A stretch of DNA of 63,057 nucleotides, filler included, from Octopus bimaculoides (lineage: Eukaryota): the NCBI RefSeq assembly GCF_001194135.2. It is 4 parts of 4 records of this genome, joined end to end, with 100 filler letters (N's around TTAATTAATTAA, not from the genome) between each part and the next. Parts side by side here need not be neighbours in the genome. Positions count along the whole stretch, not along the records: positions 31,120 to 55,988 come from NC_068999.1; positions 56,089 to 63,057 come from NC_068981.1; 2 more parts are not named here. One strand, 5' to 3'. Positions 50,432 to 63,057 of the stretch are shown piece after piece. Below the pieces are notes generated by a model. The model saw only the letters and a list, made by a program, of their open reading frames with translations. It was not told the origin of the DNA and did no database searches. The position numbers and the translations under genes are program-made. Every line of letters starts with the position of its first letter. The first letter of the stretch is position 1.

Positions 50432-51489
50432 GTATATATTACTGTATATGTATCACAAATATATATGGGTTTGTGTGTGTTTGTGAGAAGACGTGAATAT
50501 TCATCAGATACCTACATCCACGCTAATGCGGTGAGAGAAATTTCACTGGCAGAATCAAAAGACTTAAAACCCTGTATAGAATTGGTCTAATGTCTGCTCG
50601 GTGGGTTTCTTCAGTTCGTGGAAAGGCGTGTGAGATATATATTCCGTAGTCAACTAATTATTGTCTGGAAAATCTAGATATCAATTTCTAGTTGTGTATC
50701 CCTTCGTAACACACGCGTGTGTGCGCACCCATGATATTGTGGCATCATTACGCAGACATGTGTTATGGATTGAATCCCACTGTGGGGTACCTGCTTCCAT
50801 ATTTTTGGCAGGCAAGAAATATATGCCAACCCCCTTATATATGTATGGGTGTGTATGCATGCATGTATGTATATCATTGTTTAGTTTTATTTCCAGATTT
50901 CTTGCCAATAGTGAAAGAGCCGGTTCAATGGAATTTCAACATCATCAGCAGGGCATTTTTCTATGTATCTATGTATGTATGTATGTATGTATGTATGTAT
51001 GTATGTATATATGTATGTATGTATTCTCATGCATATAGTTTCATACCTAGACATGCTCATATATATTTAAATGATAAACATCTGGAAAATTTTATAGATT
51101 TTTACAGTTCCAGTGATCTGTAGTCTTCGAAATAGCTTTCTCCTTTCTGGTTTTGAGAAGCCTAAGTTTTCAAAATTGGCATTTAGGCAGTATGTTATGT
51201 TATGTTATGTTATGTTATGTATGTATGTATGTATGTATGTGTTTCTTCCTCTCCGCTTGACAACCAGTGTTAGGCTGTTAACGTCTGTTCAAACTTAGTA
51301 GCTCGGTAAAAAAACAAACCAACCATAGATTAGCTACTTCACTCTGGAGCTTCGTAATTTCATGAGTGTCTCTTTGATCCCCTTTATGACTCCTTTTCTT
51401 TTACGTGTCTAATTTGGGCACAAAAACTTCTCATGGAGGCACGGCTTTAGTTGTTTTGTATAGATACGAATACGTTGATATGGCTCTGA

Positions 51490-51885
51490 AGATAAAAAAA
51501 AAGTCGTTTTGCAACCACAAAGTTTCCGAGTTCAATCCCACTGTGCAGCACATTGAGCATGTGTTTTGTACTTACATCTTCGAACAAATTACCGTCTTGT
51601 AAGTGAATTTTGTAGACGGGAAATTTGTGGGAACCCCTCGTATATGTGTGGTGGTGGTGGAAGCAGTGTGTTTGTGTGTGTATACGTCCCCTAGTGTTTT
51701 TGTACCTACCACCTTCATCACCACTTGACTGCCGGTGTTGGTTTGTTTACATCCCCCTGACTTTTGAGTTCGGCAAAAGCGATCACTAGAATGAGTATCA
51801 GACTTAAAATTGATTCCTGGGATCGACTTGTCTGAAGCTCGTGCCCCATCATAATCGCAGTCTAATGTCTGAAGCCAATAAACAA
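51490..51885 (+). mobile_element. SINE family A, diverged
   Basis: GAGTTCAATCCCACTG head and colinear body and tail. Confidence 0.7.
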
Positions 51886-52261
51886 AAACAAAACGCATGA
51901 TATGAGATTAGTCATCATATCGGTTTTGATCGGATCCAATGAGTTTTTGATTAATCGCTCAACGCTTTTCATTGCTCGTTGCATTAAAATCTAAATTTTT
52001 GTAACATGAAAATTTTCGTGTTTGCTCCTTTTTAATTCTTGAGAGATTTGATATTCGTTGAGTTGTTTTGTGCGATTGTATCATATTTGTTTCGAGTAGG
52101 TTATTTAGTGATGAATAAAGATATGAACCCATTCCTTTGGGAAATTAGTTTTTAACTAATATTTTGTACCAGTTAGCGTAGTTAGGATGGAATTAATTTA
52201 TAAGTTGTTCTATTTCATCTAAAAGATAACTAATTGATAAAGTGAAAAGAAGTAAAACACT

Positions 52262-52308
<47 letters not shown>

Positions 52309-53714
52309 AGCATAAATGTTCCCATCCTACAGTTTTAAAATTCTATATTTGATGTCTGCAATATAAGAGAGTATGTAGATTAAAAACAAGGAAAAGAACC
52401 AAGAGAATCACAATTCACTATCCTAACAGTCTCATAAATACACATACACAAATAAATATATATAAATAGATAGCCATATATATTTATATATATGCACATA
52501 CTTACACATATGCATGCATGTGTGTGTGTGTGTATGCTTAAAAGTTTCCAGAATAACTAGTATCATTTCTATTTAATATCCCCCATAAATAAACAGAAAA
52601 ATCCATTAGCACAACTTTCGGTGTTAGCTTTTGAGAAATATACGAGATTTGTGACGTATCTGAGTATAAAGAAGTAAGGTATTAATGGTTTAGCTCCATA
52701 TCATATTTTTATGACGATTTTTATGACTTCTTTTCAGTGGTTTATTTTTATCTGTATTGGTTGCAACATATATGCCATATACATAGAGAATATAGACCGC
52801 TATACAATAAAAAGAGCAGCATTTAAAATGCCTTACACTATTTTATATCACTGTTTCCTTTCCCGTTATTTATATCTTTGCCAGACATCCTCTGGATTTA
52901 TCGAATTAACAATTACCGGTTCTCGTTAATTAAATTCTACTCAGACATCATCACACCGATATGTGATGAAAGACATTCCAGCGGTGACCATCTCGTCTTT
53001 CTCTTACATATCGTATCTGGAACTGCATTATGAAATGTGTTCCTCCCCTTTTACGGCAGTGTTGTATTATATATGGAACCTTTAGCGGTTATATTTAGCA
53101 GAAGAAATGACTACTTAGAGGCTTGCTCATCGTAATTGGTTTCTGTAATTTAAACCCAAATCCTCCCTGGTGGAACATACAACATAAATCGTTTCAGACA
53201 TGCTTCACCTGCCATTCGTCTACGGACGTCATGTACTTAAAATTCTTCAATGTCTCCTCTTTATTTTCCTTTCATCTAAAAACTAACGTGAAGTTGCTTT
53301 TATTCCTTACCTGTAGCATATCGAGCGATAGCATTGATGCGCCGTCATTGATTCGAATAAATACCAATAATATAATGTCATTAGTTAATTCCATCCTAAT
53401 TATCCAATAAGAATAGTGGATGTGGCCAATGCAAGTCACTAGAAGCACGAGGGAACAATGTGGCTTCAGAAGCAGCCGACGTCCAGATTATAAAACTTTT
53501 TAACTTTGTTTCCCATAAATTTCGATTCGAATAGAAGCTTATGTAATATAAACATGAATTTCATTATTTCCAGTGATTTCTACATCACAGTCCGCCACAA
53601 TAGAGTTAAATATGGGGAGCAGGAACAATACAAAGTATTACTTAACAGTATTCTTGCTACTGAGCATCTAAGGGAGACAGCTGAAACATTACTGAATATT
53701 GGTTTAAATCTTGG

Positions 53715-53914
53715 TAGGAAACCAGCAAGAACTGGGGGAGGAGAAAGTCAATTACATTGACCCCAGAGCTCAACTTTGTACTTATCTTATCGACCCCAAA
53801 AGGATGACAAAAAAAATTTGACCTCGGCGGAATTTGAACCCAAAACTTAAAGACGAACGAAATGCCGCTAAGTGTTTCGTCCATTGTGCTAACAGTTTTT
53901 TCCAGCTCGCCGAC
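53715..53914 (-). mobile_element. SINE family C monomer
   Basis: Head, core, tail. Confidence 0.75.
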
Positions 53915-55953
53915 TTAAACATTACTTATCACTAAGATACCCACTTAGTAATAAATGAGCTTAATTTAAGCCTTCACAGACAAAGCCATTTCTAAACGGG
54001 CCGAAGCATTTGATGAACTTACATTTTTATATGTTATGCGCAAATGACTTTTCTACTCCAATCCTATGCACCTGGTGAAATAGTTACCTGGTTTTAATGA
54101 ACCAAAATAAGAAAATCTCACAGAAATATACCGGGATATTGATGAAATAGCGTCACCAATTTCTTGCAGAAATTTAGGCCTTCAGTGACGTGGACAGGAA
54201 TCAAAATCCTGTTTGTGACATTGAATGACGAGTAGATGTCAGTTGCGTAAGAAATACCAAGTCTGGTCCAGCATTTGAATGAGTACTGAAATGACTCGAA
54301 GCTAATTTTACAGCATGTCTTTTGAATTTGTTTCATTTGCAATTGTTTTGCTCTTTTTGTTGGATTTCTTCTAATTATGAGAAGAAATAATTAAAAAAAA
54401 AACGTTTAATTAAATTCTGTTTATTTCCTTCGCTAATTATGATCAACATTTTTTCCTTCCTGTATTTCATTATTTACCATCTCACTTCTACAGTGTGTGT
54501 GCTGAAATATTGCTAGAAATAACTTTTGGTTCCAACTCTTCGAGGTCAATGAGATATGGTCTACTTATTAAACATTGCTTTATTCAACAGACGTATACAA
54601 TAACATAACTCATTTGAAGCCTCATGTTAATTAAAGTAATCAATTATTTGTTATCACGAAGCGGCGATAGAAGTTGACCGGTTATTGTTTTTACTGTACT
54701 GGTTTACCTATTGGAAGCAGTGACATATCAATGCCCCGCGGCTATAAATGCAGATGGTTAGTAATGAATAGACCTCTGCATATTAAAAAATAAATACACT
54801 GAATATACTGTCTATGGAAAAATGGCCGCATTGCAGTGATAATTTTAATGTCGATAAAGTTTTGGGGTACGCATCTGCGTATGCACGTTGTTATTGGAAC
54901 CAGACGTCGGATTTTAAAGCTACCTTGATATACTTTGAACTTGGCTAAGGACTGGTATAGTTTCTCCTGATCCACAGGAAGTATTGCAATTAACACCGTA
55001 TGTTAATGAATGAGGTTTCAGTTTCATGGTGATGTTACTGTATAGAGCAACATTGTTTTCATACATTATAGAACCGAGTTTAATTTGGATGAGTCGACTT
55101 TGCACTCATCAGGTCCCAATATCGATACCTCGATGTGGAATTTAGGGCAAAGATTTTTATCACACAGCCTCGGGTTGATCTAAGTCGAGTCATTGACATT
55201 TGGTAACCGGAAACAATAACGGAAACTCCTGCGATATAAAGGTCGAAACTTGGAACGTAATTTGTTATGCGCATTCGGCTTAAGGATTATTTTAAACATA
55301 CACTTGTCAGTGAAATTCTCACTTGAATAGATGAACAATAATATGGACGAACTCGATAGTTGAAACTGAGGCAGGATCCAATATTTCGACCTTTTGATAA
55401 ATATGTGCCTTGACCGTCTGCACGAAGAAATTATGTTGACAGCACACAAGATACCGACTTCTTATCTAGTCTGTTTTTCACCCTCTCTAACTGGTCAACC
55501 ACACTCCTAGAACAATCGTGTTTATTTGAAAGATTATATCATGAAGGAATTGAAGTAATATATTTTGCTTCATGAAAGAGTTTGAAAATGTTAAAGCTAA
55601 TCCCCAAATGCAATTTTCAAGAAAGATTAAAGAAATAATTTCTATGGTAGTTGACAGTAGACTTCGACTTCATCTCATACTCTAGCAACGTTTTATGTAC
55701 AAGGAGGAAAAGTAGAGAAAACAGTGCAATAGTTATTACAATTTCTTGTGATCATTTTTGTTTCCACTGTTAAGAATTTTCCCAAGATATTTCTGTGTCA
55801 TATCGAACTGAAAAAGCCTGGAAGGCATTCATATGTCTGCTGAGGGAATCGCTAACGAATTTTCTGTCGGTGTCCAATTAATCCTAACACACACACACAC
55901 ACACACACATACGCACGCACGCACACACACAATATGCATAACTGTATGCATAT

Positions 55954-55988
<35 letters not shown>

Positions 55989-56278
55989 NNNNNNNNNNNN
56001 NNNNNNNNNNNNNNNNNNNNNNNNNNNNNNNNTTAATTAATTAANNNNNNNNNNNNNNNNNNNNNNNNNNNNNNNNNNNNNNNNNNNNTTTTTTTTTTTT
56101 TTTTTTCAATTTATGTATAATAGACTATATCGTAGACGATATTTTTCGAAGTAGTTTCTTACGGAGCAGTTTATGTCTCATCAGTTTATATGTGTTGATA
56201 ATACATGCAGTGGGGAATGCGGCATCGTTGAGAGATAGCAGACGTAGGAAGGAGGGAGGAAAAGAAGGAGTTTTAGTC

Positions 56279-56400
<122 letters not shown>

Positions 56401-57797
56401 CATCATTATTATTATTATTATNNNNNNNNNNNNNNNNNNNNNNNNNNNNNNNNNNNNNNNNNNNNNNNNNNNNNNNNNNNNNNNNNNNNNNNNNNNNNNN
56501 NNNNNNNNNNNNNNNNNNNNNNNNNNNNNNNNNNNNNNNNNNNNNNNNNNNNNNNNNNNNNNNNNNNNNNNNNNNNNNNNNNNNNNNNNNNNNNNNNNNN
56601 NNNNNNNNNNNNNNNNNNNNNNNNNNNNNNNNNNNNNNNNNNNNNNNNNNNNNNNNNNNNNNNNNNNNNNNNNNNNNNNNNNNNNNNNNNNNNNNNNNNN
56701 NNNNNNNNNNNNNNNNNNNNNNNNNNNNNNNNNNNNNNNNNNNNNNNNNNNNNNNNNNNNNNNNNNNNNNNNNNNNNNNNNNNNNNNNNNNNNNNNNNNN
56801 NNNNNNNNNNNNNNNNNNNNNNNNNNNNNNNNNNNNNNNNNNNNNNNNNNNNNNNNNNNNNNNNNNNNNNNNNNNNNNNNNNNNNNNNNNNNNNNNNNNN
56901 NNNNNNNNNNNNNNNNNNNNNNNNNNNNNNNNNNNNNNNNNNNNNNNNNNNNNNNNNNNNNNNNNNNNNNNNNNNNNNNNNNNNNNNNNNNNNNNNNNNN
57001 NNNNNNNNNNNNNNNNNNNNNNNNNNNNNNNNNNNNNNNNNNNNNNNNNNNNNNNNNNNNNNNNNNNNNNNNNNNNNNNNNNNNNNNNNNNNNNNNNNNN
57101 NNNNNNNNNNNNNNNNNNNNNNNNNNNNNNNNNNNNNNNNNNNNNNNNNNNNNNNNNNNNNNNNNNNNNNNNNNNNNNNNNNNNNNNNNNNNNNNNNNNN
57201 NNNNNNNNNNNNNNNNNNNNNNNNNNNNNNNNNNNNNNNNNNNNNNNNNNNNNNNNNNNNNNNNNNNNNNNNNNNNNNNNNNNNNNNNNNNNNNNNNNNN
57301 NNNNNNNNNNNNNNNNNTATATATGTATGTATGTATGTTTGTATGTGTGTTTGTATGTGTGTATGTATGTATGTATGTATATATATGACAACAACAAAAA
57401 TAAGAAGAACCAACAATAATAAATACAACTATAACAAAATTATTTAAATGAACAAAAGAAACGATACAAAATGCAATATAAAATTTATACAAAACTATAC
57501 AAATGAAAATTAAATATACAAACGTAATAAGTATCTCTAAAATCAAATCAAATAAAATAAAATTTAAGAGCAAAACAACACAAATACACGAAAATCAAAA
57601 GCCGAATATCAAATGGTCCAATGATTTCTCTAATATAATACCAAATTTCTTCTGTGCCTCGGCAGGATTTTGTGAAGAAAAGTATGAATCTTATTAAGAT
57701 AATAATCTTTCCTTAATAACTGCTCTGTCTGATATTATTGTCGTTGACTGTGTCTGATATTATTTATAATTGTATATATTTATATGTTTCTCTATAT

Positions 57798-57837
<40 letters not shown>

Positions 57838-58082
57838 TTGTGTGCATATGTATGTTTGTATGTTTATGTGATTACATGAGTGTGTTTATGTACGCACATG
57901 TAGATATATACGTTATATATATGTGTGTGTGTATGTGTGTGTATATGTAAATATATGTACATATATACATACATAAAGACATATATATATATATATGTAT
58001 ATGTGTGAATTATGATTGTAGCGTTTTATATTCTATGATTAAGTTTCTGACTGTTTCAATATGTGTATGTTGCGTGACTGTT

Positions 58083-58130
<48 letters not shown>

Positions 58131-58449
58131 TGTGTGAGTGTGGAGTGGATTGCACATCTGTTTCTGAGCATCTGGATCTGAATTCTGAAATCTGAAGTTT
58201 AGTACGCGGGCATTAGTTTATTTGTAATATGAATATTCATACTTATGCATTCTCCTCCTCCTTCTCCTCCTCCTTCTCCTCCTCCTTCTCCTCCTTTCTT
58301 TAGTGTCACTTCCCTCTCCAACTGCAACAACTATTCTTGAAAGAGATAGAGGATGCTGTCTTAATATCTGAATAAATTATGCGTTGGCCACGATTAGAAG
58401 TCTTCTTTATCTGATCTGGATGAAGCGGAGCAACAACAACAATAATTCC

Positions 58450-58860
58450 TTCTAACAAAAGTCCAAGGTCAGTAATTTGTGGGTAGAAGGTTAAGAAGTT
58501 AATCAGACCTCGGTACTTGATCGTTACTTTATTGTATCGACTGTGGTGCTATTAAAAGCTAAGTCACTTTCGGTGGAATTTGAGCTCTTTGTCTGAGGCT
58601 CTATCAATTCTGCCAATCCACTCATTTTACAACACCAGTAATTCTTTCTGATTTTGGCCGAAGACCGAAAATTTTGAGGGAACATTTCAAATACATTATG
58701 TCGACCCCAGTACTTCACTGGTACTTATTTTATTGATCTCGAAAGGATGAAAAGGAAACTTGACCTCAGCGGAATTTGAGCTCAGAACATAACGAGTCGG
58801 AGTAATACTACAAAACATTTTTTCTCGATGTTCTGTCAATTCTCCTAGTTCACCATCTTC
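58450..58860 (-). mobile_element. Two adjacent diverged SINE family C monomers
   Basis: Two core motifs, about 58450-58625 and 58660-58860. Confidence 0.65.
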
Positions 58861-59039
58861 TACAATACCAATAATACGAACAAGAATAGTTAATAATAGC
58901 GAACAGGAATAGTTTATAATCACAACAAAATGAACCAAAACAGGACTTCACATTCTATCTTCTAGGAGATTCTATAAAATCTCATTTCATCATATCTTGA
59001 CTAAGGATATCATATCCTAAAATTAGGAAAGGACATCCT

Positions 59040-59248
59040 TTTCTGCTCTAGGCACAAGGCCCGAAATTTTTTGGGAAAGGGCCAGTCGATTAGATCGACC
59101 CAGTACGCAACTGGTACTTAATTTATCGACCCCGAAAGGATGAAAGGCAAAATCAACTTCGGCAGAATTTGAACTCAGAACGTAAAGACAGAAGATATAC
59201 TGCTAAGCATATCGCACGGTGCGCTAACCTTTCTGCCAGCTCGCCGAC
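59040..59248 (-). mobile_element. SINE family C monomer
   Basis: Close match to 6840-7050. Confidence 0.8.
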
Positions 59249-60944
59249 CTGAAATTAAGAATTTCAGATAAATGGTTTGGACAGAATCGGAATGCCTTAA
59301 ACCTTACATCAACTTCTTTTACCTCAAGTCAATCCTTGAATAAAATAGCAACGTAGGATTCCATTTTCTCTAAGAAGTGCCTATTCTTGTTCTGTCTATT
59401 ATTTAACCATTCCAAAATTACAAGCAGCGATTTTTAAGGAAAAATTCACTAAATTGCAGCAAAAGATGTAAATATTTTTAGTGGTGACCTATCTGTTGTG
59501 AAGTAATTTACAATCAATAGTATTTTGACTTATTTTTCCTTAATAGAACCATTAGTTCTGATTGGTGTTTTGATGCATTGAGTACTAATTTTTATCGTCG
59601 AATGAGACTCCAGCAATATCATTTCAAGTGAAGTGGTATTTAGTTACAGCTGTTTACGTTCTGAATTCAAATCTTATCGAAGTCAATTTGTCTTTTGCCC
59701 TTTCAGATTTGATGTAATAAAGTTACACTCAAATACTAAGAGCCACATAATTGAATAGACACCTCCTCCATATGTGAGGCATTGTGCCTCCCCAAAACAA
59801 AAACAATGACAAAAAGATTGCAATAAATATTTCTTATTTCAACAAAACAGGTTACTACACTTTGCCATGGAAGGTTATTACATGAATGGTTTGCTCTAGT
59901 GGTTAAGACGTTCACTGTGGCCAGATAGAATGCACATTCCCAGTACGAGACACATGAGGTTCCTTCATATCTATTCACCATCGAAGTCCGTTAAGCCTTG
60001 TGTCACTGATACCATGCAGAGTGATGCATGATTGAGAGATTAGGATTTTTTCTTCGAAATCATAAGATCTTGGATTCAATCTCTTTGTCTTTTTTTTTTA
60101 TCACAACCTCCTGTTAACCCAAGCGAGCCAAATTTGGTCATTACGGAAGCTGTGTGAAAGCCTGTCTAATAGACTGTATATATGATTCAAAGATTCATTT
60201 TGTCATACTGATTCGTTCTGTGGCATACGTTTAGCGTACAAGTGTCTGTAAAATACTCAGTTGCTTACCCATTAACTTATCAAGTAGATAGTTCTATAGA
60301 TTAAACAATTGAAGATTCATTATTGAAACTGACGGATAACCCATCATCATGAGTTGATAAAATAATGAACCAATTATCGTGTGTTTCCTTTCCCTAAATT
60401 TCTAGCCTTAATACCTATAGGTATATCACTTAGGGAGGTAGCATTACACTTAGGCCATTTGGCGTTTTTATGACTTAGACAGAGAATAGTAACAAATATC
60501 AAAATACCTACTGCTGACCTTTTGTTACGAAGTCCAAGATCCTACTCAGTAAAGAATCAGCATATTTGTTGGACTAATTTATCAAAGATCACGGAACAAG
60601 GCAAAAAAACAAAACAAAAAAAAAACCCCTTACGTTTCTAGCAAACTCTCCAGTCTCGAATCAAAACTTTTGTGAACATCACTCTCCTCACAGAGATAAT
60701 CCACATAATTATATGTACTGGAGTCTAACTTTGGTTTTTAGATATGTAAAGTTGGGAGTTATACTGGTTAGAGATAATGTCATTTTGCATTAACATCTTA
60801 AGGTGAAAAGCTATATTAGATATTTGAATTTATCGTAGCCCTCATTAATTAGAGTTTTTCACTGCTTAAAACAGTGAACTCTGTACCAAACTCATGCTAT
60901 ACGTTTTACGATTAGAGCTTGGATTATAAATATAGTATTCTTTT

Positions 60945-61167
60945 ATTCTTTTATTCTTTTACTTGTTTCAGTCATTTCACTGCGACCATGCTGGAGCACC
61001 GCTTTTAGTCGAACAAATCAACCCCGGGACTTACTCTTTGTAAGCCTAGTACTTATTCTATCGGTCACTTTTGCCGAACTGCTATGTTACGGAGACGTAA
61101 ACACACCAACATCGGATGTCAAGCGATGGTGGGGGACAGACTAAGACACACAAACATATACATATAT
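60945..61167 (-). mobile_element. SINE family A, 3' half running into a gap
   Basis: Reverse complement of 230-430. Confidence 0.8.
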
Positions 61168-62337
61168 NNNNNNNNNNNNNNNNNNNNNNNNNNNNNNNNN
61201 NNNNNNNNNNNNNNNNNNNNNNNNNNNNNNNNNNNNNNNNNNNNNNNNNNNNNNNNNNNNNNNNNNNNNNNNNNNNNNNNNNNNNNNNNNNNNNNNNNNN
61301 NNNNNNNNNNNNNNNNNNNNNNNNNNNNNNNNNNNNNNNNNNNNNNNNNNNNNNNNNNNNNNNNNNNNNNNNNNNNNNNNNNNNNNNNNNNNNNNNNNNN
61401 NNNNNNNNNNNNNNNNNNNNNNNNNNNNNNNNNNNNNNNNNNNNNNNNNNNNNNNNNNNNNNNNNNNNNNNNNNNNNNNNNNNNNNNNNNNNNNNNNNNN
61501 NNNNNNNNNNNNNNNNNNNNNNNNNNNNNNNNNNNNNNNNNNNNNNNNNNNNNNNNNNNNNNNNNNNNNNNNNNNNNNNNNNNNNNNNNNNNNNNNNNNN
61601 NNNNNNNNNNNNNNNNNNNNNNNNNNNNNNNNNNNNNNNNNNNNNNNNNNNNNNNNNNNNNNNNNNNNNNNNNNNNNNNNNNNNNNNNNNNNNNNNNNNN
61701 NNNNNNNNNNNNNNNNNNNNNNNNNNNNNNNNNNNNNNNNNNNNNNNNNNNNNNNNNNNNNNNNNNNNNNNNNNNNNNNNNNNNNNNNNNNNNNNNNNNN
61801 NNNNNNNNNNNNNNNNNNNNNNNNNNNNNNNNNNNNNNNNNNNNNNNNNNNNNNNNNNNNNNNNNNNNNNNNNNNNNNNNNNNNNNNNNNNNNNNNNNNN
61901 NNNNNNNNNNNNNNNNNNNNNNNNNNNNNNNNNNNNNNNNNNNNNNNNNNNNNNNNNNNNNNNNNNNNNNNNNNNNNNNNNNNNNNNNNNNNNNNNNNNN
62001 NNNNNNNNNNNNNNNNNNNNNNNNNNNNNNNNNNNNNNNNNNNNNNNNNNNNNNNNNNNNNNNNNNNNNNNNNNNNNNNNNNNNNNNNNNNNNNNNNNNN
62101 NNNNNNNNNNNNNNAATATATGATTACATATTAAACGGGAAACTGGACAGAAGCAAGATACACGGACCATTCGCAGCCGATTTCTTCGTCAGTTTCACGC
62201 TTTTTTTTTTTTTTTTTTTTTTTACCAGAGTATAAAGCTAAAATCATTGAACTTCTGGGAAAATCAAGTGAATGTGTACAAGAATGAAAACAAGAATTAT
62301 ACACTTGCAACAGATGAAAGTCTTTCGGTTATACAAA

Positions 62338-62492
62338 AAGACGGGCTTCTTTCAGTTTCCATTTACCAAATCCACTCACTAGGCTTTGATCGGCCTGAGG
62401 CTATAGTAGAAGACTCTTACCAAAGATGCCACGCAGTGGAACTGAACCTGGAACCATGTGGTTGAGAAGCAAGCGGTTTACCACACAGTCTA
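62338..62492 (-). mobile_element. SINE family A, 5' half
   Basis: Matches 622-748. Confidence 0.8.
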
Positions 62493-62990
62493 TATTAACA
62501 ATTAATTGGCAACTTTCAGCAAGGAGTAGTCAAAAGGAGAGCCGATGTCCGGAAGAGCTAGAATTTTCGGGCTCTTACATAATTTCAGTGAACCAAGAAT
62601 GTAGCACAAATTTCTATGAATGTTGGCAATAAATGATACATGAGGCCAAGTAATTGAGAATATTGAAATTTTCGCTACAAAGACACTTTTGTGGTGCGAG
62701 TAACTAGATATATGTTCACTAGAAGTAAATTCGAATTCAAATTTTTTTAAGAGATTAACGGCATCGAAAAGTCTTTAAAAATAATATCAAGCCTGATCTG
62801 TGAAGAGAATTTAATGCGATTACAAAACTGATTAAATAAGTAGTAACTGAAATTTTAAAAAGTTTCCAAAATGTATAAAATAGAATTAAAAAACAAAAGT
62901 TTAATACATTTATTTTAGACGTATTAATCAAAACAATATTTATACATTTGATCAAGTACTTATTAGAAAACGTAATAAGAAAATATCATC

Positions 62991-63057
<67 letters not shown>

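Noticed and set aside
62227-62290. Strong acceptor (T)n-ACCAG followed by YKAKIIELLGKSSECVQE*
   Set aside because: The poly-T could be a retroposon tail; no recognisable protein or clear donor. Other isolated splice-like sites (1390, 7561, 8759, 16317, 30519) were dropped for the same reason.

Overview
AT-rich, microsatellite-dense, gap-ridden eukaryotic DNA with no protein-coding gene I can confidently support. The repeat families, TTAGGG telomere motif and extreme simple-repeat load suggest an octopod cephalopod intron or intergenic region (inference). Nearly all long ORFs in the track are microsatellite or N-gap artefacts. The window is a mosaic of tRNA-derived SINEs (four distinguishable families, labelled A-D here), mariner fragments and mariner-derived non-autonomous elements, two R4/Dong-type retrotransposon remnants, RTE, CR1 and Helitron remnants, and several hairpin or TIR elements. 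Most interesting: (1) a ~220-250 bp tRNA-headed SINE with an (AAT)n spacer and a Penelope-type minimal hammerhead ribozyme near its 3' end, in three substantial copies plus a tail fragment, one inserted cleanly into an R4 endonuclease domain; (2) a 136-bp-arm hairpin element with a second hammerhead in its loop and a 14-bp flanking direct repeat; (3) a 561-bp TIR element with nested perfect inverted repeats centred on a (CCCTAA)n|(TTAGGG)n palindrome; (4) an amplified 895-bp mariner derivative made of two 5' ends. All calls come from reading the sequence; no database search was run.
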